Assembly: GCA_003144275.1 (NCBI GenBank)
Contig: NJBF01000019.1
Coordinates: 44,907-76,906 of the forward strand
Direction: 5' to 3'
Source of the DNA: Candidatus Heimdallarchaeota archaeon B3_Heim
GTDB taxonomy: Archaea; Asgardarchaeota; Heimdallarchaeia; Hodarchaeales; Hodarchaeaceae
Length of the DNA: 32,000 nucleotides
In this document: piece after piece, positions 1-8,373 of the stretch
Position numbering within the stretch: the stretch's first letter is position 1
Layout: every line of letters begins with the position of its first letter
Translations under genes and position numbers: made by a program
The notes under the pieces: model-generated
The model's input: the letters and a program-made list of their open reading frames with translations, nothing else
The model's database searches: none
What the model was told of the DNA's origin: nothing

Positions 1-592
1 TCACAAGCATTGCAAACCCATGATCTCCAAGCGTGCCTGTCGTTATTATAATATCCTTTGGTTGAATTGAACTGTCAGTTATTCGTTGTCCCGATGGTAT
101 CTCTCCCAGGCCCGTAGTGTTTATTATTAATCCAGTTTCATCCATCGAACCTAAAGGCATGACTTTGGTATCACCTGCGACTATTCCAATCTTAAATTTT
201 TCAGTAATTTCCGATATTGTATCAATAATATTGGCTAGAACATCGAATTTCAGCCCCTCCCTTATTACTAGTGCCAATGTCATTGCAATAGGTCGAGCTC
301 CCATCATAAGAAGATCGTTTATGGTACCAGCTGCAGCTAATGTACCAATATTCCCTCCACGGAAGAATAATGGTGAGACAGTAAAAGAATCAGTCGTTAG
401 TACTAAATCGATTGACCTGTTGGGTAAAGGGATAATCGCTCCATCATCGAAAGATTCGACTCCAACCCCCTCATCAGAAATTTTCTTTATTTTAATACGA
501 TTTGTTATGAATTCAAGGAGGGTATCCATTTTCTTTCCTCCCTGTCCCATATCAAGTTCCACAATTTTGTAATTAAAGTTGTCCAATATCAA
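1..592 (-). CDS. hypE: Hydrogenase maturation protein HypE (carbamoyl dehydratase); 3' end runs off the window
   Basis: Absent from the ORF track. My translation of the minus strand reads ...KIVELDMGQGGKKMDTLL...SFDDGAII...DLVLTTDSFTVSPLFFRGGNIGTLAAAGTINDLLMMGARP...IVAGDTKVMP...IINTTGLG...IIITTGTLGDHGFAML, which are the HypE/PurM-fold motifs. TTG start at 592 or 586, preceded by GGAAGG. Confidence 0.92.
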   Translation of the reverse strand, partial: MILDNFNYKIVELDMGQGGKKMDTLLEFITNRIKIKKISDEGVGVESFDDGAIIPLPNRSIDLVLTTDSFTVSPLFFRGGNIGTLAAAGTINDLLMMGARPIAMTLALVIREGLKFDVLANIIDTISEITEKFKIGIVAGDTKVMPLGSMDETGLIINTTGLGEIPSGQRITDSSIQPKDIIITTGTLGDHGFAMLV

Positions 593-745
593 TTGCCTTC
601 CTTATGAGCATCAACGTTTACTTGAAATCAACTAGTATCGATCTACTAATCTAAATATCGGAAAAATACTTTTAATAATTCTTATGTGCTTCTTTACGTA
701 CATTATTTCAAGAAGTTGGCTTCATGCATAAGGAGGAATATGTAA

Positions 746-2314
746 GTGACTCCCAAACAATATGACACAGTGATCTATAATGGGCATATAGAAACATTTG
801 ACGATAATTTAAATACTGCACAGATGGTTGCGATTACCAATGGTAGATTTAGTTATGTTGGAGACCATAGTGAAGAATTGATCAAAAATGCAATCAATTC
901 CATCAATATCAAAGGAAAAACTGTCCTCCCCGGGTTTATTGACCTCCATACACACCTTTGGACTGAAGCTGACATAATAGATATCGATTTAACTGAAATT
1001 TCTACATATAAAGAAACTTTGGACAAAGTAGAAATCGCAGTTAAGTCAAAAAAACCTGGAGAGTGGGTCTTTTTTTCTGGTTGGGATGAGTCCTTTTGGT
1101 TAGATAAAAAAGAATTTCCCACATTAAAAGATTTGGATAGGATAAGTCAAGACAATCCACTTTACATGAAAAGAGAAGATGGGCATCTCGTTGTTGTAAA
1201 TTCACTAGCACTAAAGCAGTTGCCAGTTTCTTTAGAGCATAAAGGGGTAATGAAAGATGATGAAGGACATCCAACGGGAGTTTTAAAAGATGTTTGGCTT
1301 AATCTCACCCCTTATTTCCAAGATCTTATTTCTGAAAGTATTAAAGCCTCATGTAAAATTGCTGCATCTGTAGGAATAACCGCTGTTGTTGATAATCTCA
1401 CCATCGTGCCAGAGGGACAACAAAATATCTTGAAAGAATATTTTGAGCTAGATATGAACGATGAAATACCAATACGAGTATTTCTAAATCCAACTCGTGA
1501 TTTAATGGAAGATCATGTTAAAAAAGGGGTTCATCGAAATCAAGGGAAGAATAAAATACGATATTCGGGGTACAAAGGTTTTTTTGATGGTGCATTAGGA
1601 TCTCATACAGCTATGTTAAGTTTTGAATATGCAGATATGGGTGGTAAGGGTGATAAGTTTCTAGATGAGGCTGAGCTGGCATCGCAGGTTAAATTCGCAG
1701 AGGAAAATGAGTGTACACTATGCATTCACGCAATTGGAGATCAGGCTATAGAAAAATTGCTGGATTGCTTTGAAGAAGGGCTAACTAATGCAGGAAATGC
1801 CTTTACAAAACAAAAACATAGAATCGAACATGCGGAAATGATAACTGATTCTCAAATTGTTCGTGCTAACAAGTTGAGAATTATACTGTCAATGCAGCCT
1901 AATTTCTTGAAGTGGCAATATCCTGGAGAATTATATGAGCAGCGGCTCGGCCGAGATAGAATATATTCATTAAATCGCTTTAATAAAATTTTGCAGCTAA
2001 GGGCCAATCTGTCATTCGGTTCAGATAATATGCCCCTTTCTCCATTATATGGGATACATCAATCAGTCAATTTCCCCTCAAAAGATACCCAGATCTCTGT
2101 TGAGGAGGCAATTAAAGCATATACCATTAGTAATGCAGTAGCTCTCTCAGTAGAGCATGAATTAGGTAATATTATGAAGGGCAAATATGCTGACCTTATT
2201 ATTTTGGAGGAATCACCATTTACAATTAACTCCAGTGAGATAAAGGGATTAAAAATTGAACAAACTTACGTAGAAGGATTATGTGTGTACGATGGAACTT
2301 CAAATCCTATGTAA
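746..2314 (+). CDS. Metal-dependent amidohydrolase, Amidohydro_3/YtcJ-like
   Basis: Motifs PGFIDLHTH, LKREDGHLVVVNS, KGFFDGALGSHTA, IHAIGD, HRIEHA, FGSDNMP and GKYADLIIL. AGGAGG at 731-736 precedes the GTG start. Confidence 0.9.
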   Translation: MTPKQYDTVIYNGHIETFDDNLNTAQMVAITNGRFSYVGDHSEELIKNAINSINIKGKTVLPGFIDLHTHLWTEADIIDIDLTEISTYKETLDKVEIAVKSKKPGEWVFFSGWDESFWLDKKEFPTLKDLDRISQDNPLYMKREDGHLVVVNSLALKQLPVSLEHKGVMKDDEGHPTGVLKDVWLNLTPYFQDLISESIKASCKIAASVGITAVVDNLTIVPEGQQNILKEYFELDMNDEIPIRVFLNPTRDLMEDHVKKGVHRNQGKNKIRYSGYKGFFDGALGSHTAMLSFEYADMGGKGDKFLDEAELASQVKFAEENECTLCIHAIGDQAIEKLLDCFEEGLTNAGNAFTKQKHRIEHAEMITDSQIVRANKLRIILSMQPNFLKWQYPGELYEQRLGRDRIYSLNRFNKILQLRANLSFGSDNMPLSPLYGIHQSVNFPSKDTQISVEEAIKAYTISNAVALSVEHELGNIMKGKYADLIILEESPFTINSSEIKGLKIEQTYVEGLCVYDGTSNPM

Positions 2315-2360
2315 CAACCGTTCTGAACTATCACTCTTAATGGAGAAATGATGATTAGAA

Positions 2361-3356
2361 ATGCAACGAAAAAAACGAGTACTGCTAACACATAAAATTC
2401 CAGAAATTGGTATCGACCTTCTGAAGAAGCATTTTGAGGTTGTTATATTAGATTCTGAAGGTTCATTAGATATCCAATTGAATAAAATCTTACCTACCGT
2501 TGATTATCTTATCTCTCTTTTATCAGTAAGGATAGATAACAATCTATTAAGAAAGTTTCCAAATCTTAAGGGAATTGCTAATTATGCTGTCGGTTACAAT
2601 AATATAGATATCAATGCTGCGATTGAATGTGGTATACCAGTAACGAATACTCCTGATGTTTTAACCAATGCAACTGCAGATCTAACGTGGGGACTAATTC
2701 TAGCAGTTACACGAAGAATTGTTGAAGGGGATAAAGAATGTCGTCAAGCTACATTTTCAGGATGGGCACCTGAGTACATGTTAGGATATGAATTATCTGG
2801 GAAAACCCTGGGGATCGTGGGAATGGGGAGAATTGGTACAGCCGTGGCAAAAAGAGGGACTGGCTTTGATATGAAAATTTGTTATCATTCTCGAACGAAG
2901 TCAAAGGATCTGCCCGAATCAATGAAAGCAGTGCATCTTCCTGATTTAAAAACATTCTTAGAATCTTGTGACATCGTAAGTCTACATGTACCATATACAG
3001 ACAAAACTCATCACTTTATTGGGGAAAATGAGTTGAACTGGATGAAGAAAAACGCCTTTCTAATTAATACATCTCGTGGGAAAGTGATTGACGAAGTAGC
3101 GTTAATTAACACACTAAGTGAGAGTAAAATTGCTGGTGCAGGTCTAGATGTCTACTATAATGAACCATTAATACCCAAGGGGTTACGTGAATTAAATAAT
3201 ACGGTACTAACTCCCCACATTGGATCTGCAACAAAACAAGCTCGCGAAGCAATGGCAATCATGGTCGCAGAGAATATTATTGCAATCGAAAAGGGATTAA
3301 TACCCCCCAATTTAATACCTGAAATGAAAAAAGAGATTTTGAAAGGAAATCATTGA
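2361..3356 (+). CDS. gyaR: Glyoxylate reductase / D-glycerate dehydrogenase (D-2-hydroxyacid dehydrogenase)
   Basis: Motifs AVGYNNID, NTPDVLTNATADL, Rossmann GIVGMGRIG, LINTSRG, AGLDVYYNEP and LTPHIGSAT. Confidence 0.88.
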   Translation: MQRKKRVLLTHKIPEIGIDLLKKHFEVVILDSEGSLDIQLNKILPTVDYLISLLSVRIDNNLLRKFPNLKGIANYAVGYNNIDINAAIECGIPVTNTPDVLTNATADLTWGLILAVTRRIVEGDKECRQATFSGWAPEYMLGYELSGKTLGIVGMGRIGTAVAKRGTGFDMKICYHSRTKSKDLPESMKAVHLPDLKTFLESCDIVSLHVPYTDKTHHFIGENELNWMKKNAFLINTSRGKVIDEVALINTLSESKIAGAGLDVYYNEPLIPKGLRELNNTVLTPHIGSATKQAREAMAIMVAENIIAIEKGLIPPNLIPEMKKEILKGNH

Positions 3357-5044
3357 ACTTTACTTAGATTTCCTTTACAATAGGGGCAAACTCTGATGCC
3401 AGTTTTTCCGATGTCATCATAACAATTCGCACAAACCATTCGTGAACATTGATCACATTGGTAAGCAGAGTCAGTTGAGGGATGCTGCTCATTGTCTAAT
3501 TGACAGAAGAAAGATTTTCTTTCATCAGGGAAAAATTTGTGAGAATCGGACTTCTGCTCTACTGGTGTGCCACAATTCTTACAGAAACGACTATCTGACT
3601 TCAAAGTGTCACCACAGTTTTTACACCATTTAGAATTTGCAGGAGTTGTCGCTTTAGGTGTACCATAGTCACGCCCATGAAGTTTAGCCCCACAATTTGT
3701 ACAAAAGACATCACTAGGCCTGTAAACCGCTTTACATCTATGACACTCAGTCTTTTGAGGTGACGGGGCCGTAGTAGTTGTAGCAGTCTGTGTTACTGCT
3801 GAACCTGTACTCGTGGCTGCTGCACTTGCACTTTTCTTAGAACTTCTTCGTTGGACTACCGCAATTATGAGAACGAGGACAGCGATAAAGCCTATAACGA
3901 ATAAAACAGGCCTTGCATCCTTCCAGTGGTCTTCGTATGTCACATCTGTATTATACCGAACTTCAAACGAAATGTCTACAGATTCTTCAGAGTTGACAAA
4001 TGGATTCATATATATGAAGAAATACCAGGTGCCATCATAGGGCACTGTAAATGTTCCAGATTGTCGATCGTCGACATCCTCAATAAATAAACCTGGGGGG
4101 TCAGCTGCAGAGAAATCAATATTGTCCGTGGCAACATAATCCACCATAAAATCTATCTGAATCGGTGAAGTGGTCGGGTTGTACCATACTAAGTACCAAT
4201 CCTGGGCGTAGGTAACCACAAAGGTATTCTCATAGGGGTCAGAGCCAACGTAGGAATCCTCGGGTATTATTGTCTCCCAATTGTTCCAACGATTAAGAGC
4301 ATTTGCATCAGCAACAAAAAATTCTATATCACCGCCTGAGGTTACGTTAAATTGGAAGGTTAATACAGAACCTGGCTTTAAAAAGTACCCAATGTATTGA
4401 TAGTCATGATCAGCCTGAACGATCATACTCTCGGAATAGCTACCAGTAAGGTCTTGATCTTGCGGTAAATTCTCAAACGGTTGATCCCAAATAAGAAACG
4501 TCACCGTGGACGTTGCTTCGACGCTATAATCGATTATTTGATCTTCTTTCATCGGTTCCCGTTCATACCAATATTCATTATACCAAATAGTTTGTGTATC
4601 TTGATATGTGACTGTTCCACTTTCATTACTACTAGCAAATGGATAAGGAATGAAAGCCATACTAATCATTGGTAGAATTACGAGTAATGCGATGATACCA
4701 AGAACTGCGCCACCACCCCAATAAACAGGTGCATAATACCATCTTCGGTATGGATATCCCCACCACCAATTCCAATGCCACCATCGACGATACCATGGCC
4801 GATAATAACCGCCCCAATAACGTCGATGACGTCTACGATGATAGTTTCTTCCTGGACGAGATCGTGGGGCACGAGAAACAGTTCGACGAGAACCTGTGCG
4901 ACCAAAGGGCCGACCTGATCTTCTTACTGATCCTACTCTGAAGCTTCGACTTCCACCTCGGAAACCTCCACCTCTAAACCCACCACCACCTCGAAAACCG
5001 CCCCCTCCACCGCCTCGAAATCCACCGCCACCGCCACGAGGCAT
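3350..5044 (-). CDS. Two-TM membrane protein: Gly/Arg (RGG-like) N-terminus, GOLD/emp24-like extracellular region, two zinc ribbons, C-terminal RING-like Zn finger
   Basis: Start moved from 5095 to the ATG at 5044, which follows GAGGAGG. Hydrophobic helices AVLGIIALLVILPMISMAFI and VLFVIGFIAVLVLIIAVV; CxxC pairs near the C-terminus. Domain names are inferred by eye. Confidence 0.8.
   Translation of the reverse strand: MPRGGGGGFRGGGGGGFRGGGGFRGGGFRGGSRSFRVGSVRRSGRPFGRTGSRRTVSRAPRSRPGRNYHRRRHRRYWGGYYRPWYRRWWHWNWWWGYPYRRWYYAPVYWGGGAVLGIIALLVILPMISMAFIPYPFASSNESGTVTYQDTQTIWYNEYWYEREPMKEDQIIDYSVEATSTVTFLIWDQPFENLPQDQDLTGSYSESMIVQADHDYQYIGYFLKPGSVLTFQFNVTSGGDIEFFVADANALNRWNNWETIIPEDSYVGSDPYENTFVVTYAQDWYLVWYNPTTSPIQIDFMVDYVATDNIDFSAADPPGLFIEDVDDRQSGTFTVPYDGTWYFFIYMNPFVNSEESVDISFEVRYNTDVTYEDHWKDARPVLFVIGFIAVLVLIIAVVQRRSSKKSASAAATSTGSAVTQTATTTTAPSPQKTECHRCKAVYRPSDVFCTNCGAKLHGRDYGTPKATTPANSKWCKNCGDTLKSDSRFCKNCGTPVEQKSDSHKFFPDERKSFFCQLDNEQHPSTDSAYQCDQCSRMVCANCYDDIGKTGIRVCPYCKGNLSKVQ
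4940..5044 (-). repeat. Low-complexity GGN codon repeat encoding four FR(G)n units
   Basis: Translation MPRGGGGGFRGGGGGGFRGGGGFRGGGFRGGSRSFR. Confidence 0.9.
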
Positions 5045-5048
5045 TTTT

Positions 5049-6017
5049 TTATTCCTCCTCGGGTGTGGCGGACGTTTCGCGGAATACAAGGTCACGAGAA
5101 ACGGCTGCGAGTAGACAAATTATTGCTATAACTGAGAATAACAATCCACCAAAATCAATTTGAGTACTAGAAACACGTAGGACATCCATCAGAATGAAAG
5201 AAACAAAGAATAGCCATTCTACTATAATTCCTAACAGACCTAATAAAGTACCAATAGCATGCCAATTCCGATTGACTTTAATCATCTTATAATCTGCATA
5301 TGCCCATTGGAAAATTGCATAAATGCTTACAAGACCAAGAACGATAAATAAGACCCCAAAGATTGACAAAGAAAGCCATAAAAAGTTAAATTGACCTTGG
5401 ATATCTGTATATCGGATCCAAAAACTAGCCCCACGAACCTCAAAAAGATAGTACGTGGCTGTGAAACCCCCTTGGCTTGCAATCGGTGCTTTTAGGTAAC
5501 CAACAATACCTATAAGGGGAGCAAAAATCCCGAAAAATAGGTATAACACCGACATAAGAATGGTAAAACTATAATTTGCAAATCGTGGATTAGAAACAGG
5601 TATGAGGCCTTTTTGGTCTTCATACTTTTCAGGTAAAAAACCCCAGCAATCAGTTATCGTAGCAACTCCGATAACTTCATTATTTTCTACAACAGGAACG
5701 ACTGATACATCTAAATCTCTCATACGAGCAAAAGCATCGGATACTGTTGTACTTTTTGTGACTGGGTCAATTGTGTACATAATCTCGGTTACTTTTGACT
5801 TATCCACAGATAACCCTTCTGCAACCAAGCCAGTTACAATATCAAAATCAGCTATGACGCCCTGATACATATTATCGTCATCAAGGACAACCAAATCAGG
5901 AATTCCTTTTTCCTTCATTTTTAATGCCGCTTCTTGTACTGAGGCATTGGCTGAAATTGTATCATACTCATCATCAATTGTTAAATCTTGAATTAAGAAC
6001 TCTTTTTCTTTTGACAA
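5049..6017 (-). CDS. CBS-pair protein fused to a C-terminal domain of about 4 TM helices
   Basis: Two CBS repeats (TISANASVQEAALKMKEKGIPDLVVLD...GVIADFDIV; VTKSTTVSDAFARMRDLDVSVVPVVENNEVIGVATITD) followed by four hydrophobic segments. TTG start with GGAGGT upstream. Confidence 0.85.
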   Translation of the reverse strand: MSKEKEFLIQDLTIDDEYDTISANASVQEAALKMKEKGIPDLVVLDDDNMYQGVIADFDIVTGLVAEGLSVDKSKVTEIMYTIDPVTKSTTVSDAFARMRDLDVSVVPVVENNEVIGVATITDCWGFLPEKYEDQKGLIPVSNPRFANYSFTILMSVLYLFFGIFAPLIGIVGYLKAPIASQGGFTATYYLFEVRGASFWIRYTDIQGQFNFLWLSLSIFGVLFIVLGLVSIYAIFQWAYADYKMIKVNRNWHAIGTLLGLLGIIVEWLFFVSFILMDVLRVSSTQIDFGGLLFSVIAIICLLAAVSRDLVFRETSATPEEE

Positions 6018-6272
6018 TGTGAAAACAAACCTCCAGCGGAAAGCATAGTTTCATTTCCAAATTAACTGGAGGTGAGGATATAAAGATTTCATTTATGGAA
6101 CATATCCCGAGATGAAAAAGTAACTTAGTTGTGGAATAATGTGAGGAATTCATAAATGAATTATTGGAGAATGGTTATCAAAGACATTCTAAGTGGATGG
6201 TAGATTTTTGTTATTTCGAAGAGATAAAAAACTGTGGAAGAGAAGTAAGGAACTATTTGTACAATTAGCAAA

Positions 6273-6401
6273 GTGAATACAATTGTTATTTCTTGGGTAG
6301 TCACCGTTCCAGTAACTACAGTACTTGGAGCAATTATCTGGTTTGTTGTTGATTGGGTATATGTTGCATTGAGTTTCGGAATGGTTTCTCTTCTCTTTTA
6401 A
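6273..6401 (+). CDS. Possible 42-aa hydrophobic peptide or remnant resembling the last helix of a PiT-family transporter
   Basis: GTG-started ORF (V)NTIVISWVVTVPVTTVLGAIIWFVVDWVYVALSFGMVSLLF. Its TAA overlaps the cdc6 stop codon. Confidence 0.3.
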   Translation: MNTIVISWVVTVPVTTVLGAIIWFVVDWVYVALSFGMVSLLF

Positions 6402-7681
6402 TCTCCGTTCAACAAAGATCCAAGGGAAGTGATAATTTCCTCTGTCGGTAAGTCACGAATCCTTATGGTTGAAATTCGTCCTAAAGACCGACCATTAGTA
6501 TGACGATTTTCCACTTCTTGTTGAATTAAACCAAGTCGGCCTAAATCCTTTAGATATGCCCATACTTGTGTTTGCCGTCTACTACGTATACTTGCTTCTT
6601 CGCACACCCTTTCGTATTCTCTTTTTACCTCGGGAGTAGTTACAAATGACTGATTACAAACCGAAAGAAGACGGGCAATACTGAGCAACACAAGTTTTTG
6701 GTGGGTGTTTAAATCATCAATTATTGATTTTTCAATTGGTAGTACTTCCACGACTGCCCGTCTAACGTGCTCTGTACTAAGTTTTTTTTCTCCCTCAGCT
6801 TCACAAATTTTTGCTGTTCTCCAAAGAAGTTCAATAGCAAATCTAGCATCACCTTTTTCTTCAGCGAGACTGGCAACTGTATCTAGCAGCTCATCGCTAT
6901 AACTATCTTCACATAACCCCTGCTCTGCTCGGGTTGCTAGTATATCGAATAGTTGATACCGAGTGTATGGGGCAAATGTAATATAGTTGCGACCTAAAGA
7001 TGAAGCGGTAGAAGTATCTAAATAATAACGGAAATTTTTATCCCGAGTAATCGTGAGAAGATTAAAACGGGACTCTAAACGATCCTGAGAAAGTTCGAAT
7101 TCTTCTCTAATAATAGGTGATTCTTCTAATCGGGAAAGAGAATAAAGAAAATCAGTCCTTTCCTCAGGTAACAGGTAATCAATTTCGTCTAAGACAAGGA
7201 GCACTGTTAAGTTCTGTTCGTATAGTAAGAGAGTGAACATTCGTAATAATTCATCAACACTGAACCCTCTCAAGGGAAATCCTGACACTAGATATCTGAG
7301 GACGGTTGTTAGAATGAGATGTGGAGTTTTAGTCTTCCTACAATTCATATGAAAATATCTAAATCTCGGCTCTCCATGATTACGATTTTTAGCAATATAA
7401 GTTGTCAATTCATTTCCAAAAGCATGGGAGATGACAGTTTTCCCAGTCCCCACTGGTCCATAAAGAATTACTTTCTTTGAGGAAGCAGTCGGACTCGTGA
7501 TGATAGATTTAAAATACGAAACAAGGGCTTTCATTTCATCTTCCCGATGCCAGATAGAATGAGGTGTATATGAAGATGTAAACACTTTTTCTCCTTGATT
7601 TACATCACCATCATCTTCGCGAAAAACTGTTGGATGAGAACCAAAAAGATCTGAAAATGAGTAATTATTATTGGTATCCAT
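6398..7681 (-). CDS. cdc6: Cdc6/Orc1 replication initiator (AAA+ with C-terminal winged helix)
   Basis: YTPHSIWHREDE, Walker A GPVGTGKT, MNCR, Walker B VLDEID, sensor-2 GDARFAIELL, and a wHTH C-terminus (RRQTQVWAYLKDLGRLGLI...GR). Confidence 0.95.
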   Translation of the reverse strand: MDTNNNYSFSDLFGSHPTVFREDDGDVNQGEKVFTSSYTPHSIWHREDEMKALVSYFKSIITSPTASSKKVILYGPVGTGKTVISHAFGNELTTYIAKNRNHGEPRFRYFHMNCRKTKTPHLILTTVLRYLVSGFPLRGFSVDELLRMFTLLLYEQNLTVLLVLDEIDYLLPEERTDFLYSLSRLEESPIIREEFELSQDRLESRFNLLTITRDKNFRYYLDTSTASSLGRNYITFAPYTRYQLFDILATRAEQGLCEDSYSDELLDTVASLAEEKGDARFAIELLWRTAKICEAEGEKKLSTEHVRRAVVEVLPIEKSIIDDLNTHQKLVLLSIARLLSVCNQSFVTTPEVKREYERVCEEASIRSRRQTQVWAYLKDLGRLGLIQQEVENRHTNGRSLGRISTIRIRDLPTEEIITSLGSLLNGD

Positions 7682-8373
7682 TTTTTCAACTCGAACAGAA
7701 TTAAGTCGGGTTCAATCAGAAAGTTACCTTTTAATTCGGTATTAAGTGAATATATTGTCGCTTCGTAAAAAAGTCTTAAGGACACAATTATTAAAATCAA
7801 ATAGTAACTAAATATGGATTAACCGCAGATAGATAGTTGAGGAGTAAGTATAAGTGATTTAGAGTCAGGAGAATTCCCGTAGTGTGTTGATGTTTGTGGA
7901 TTTTCTTTCATAAATAGAGTTCAACGAATTTTTACGGAATTTTTGTCAGAACCACCAGATGAGATATCTAAAAACAATTACTAAGATTCTTCTCTGCGAT
8001 ATTCTAGATAATTCTTATTCAATAGAGAGTAAAATGAAAGTGATCAACTAGGACTTATTCTAAAACTACCTCTTGGAGTGAGAGTGACTTCTTCGAAAAT
8101 GACAAAAATAAACCAGAATATCTATTTAACTGTATAGTTGCAAATATATGAACGAAATCCTGTAATTACCGCTTTACTTGCGGGGATAACTACTTGAAAC
8201 TAAATCTTTGTTCTTCTCTTCCAAAGATCAGCCATATTTATTTTGATTTACCTAGTAGAGTCCATTGAATTACGATTAAGCAAGGAATCATTTAGATAAT
8301 ATGCTCTGTTTAGTTAAAACGATGTGTGAATCATATCTTATCATATCATATGAAATCTACGGTGTGATCTAGG

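Noticed and set aside
117-572. 151-aa plus-strand ORF
   Set aside because: Antisense shadow of hypE.
853-1274. Minus-strand ORFs of 89 and 77 aa
   Set aside because: Fully inside the amidohydrolase on the opposite strand, with no motifs.
5045-5095. ORF-track start at 5095 for the 581-aa protein
   Set aside because: It overlaps the CBS gene's 3' end; the ATG at 5044 has a proper GAGGAGG RBS.
3442-5114. Short ORFs overlapping the RGG membrane protein, including the Pro-rich 4896..5114
   Set aside because: Shadows; the poly-Pro arises from the antisense of GGN codons.
7682-8373. Canonical ORB repeat array or hidden gene in the cdc6-radA spacer
   Set aside because: No repeated TCCAnTGGAAA-type boxes found by eye; only short ORFs (e.g. 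about 30 aa at 7959) with no features.
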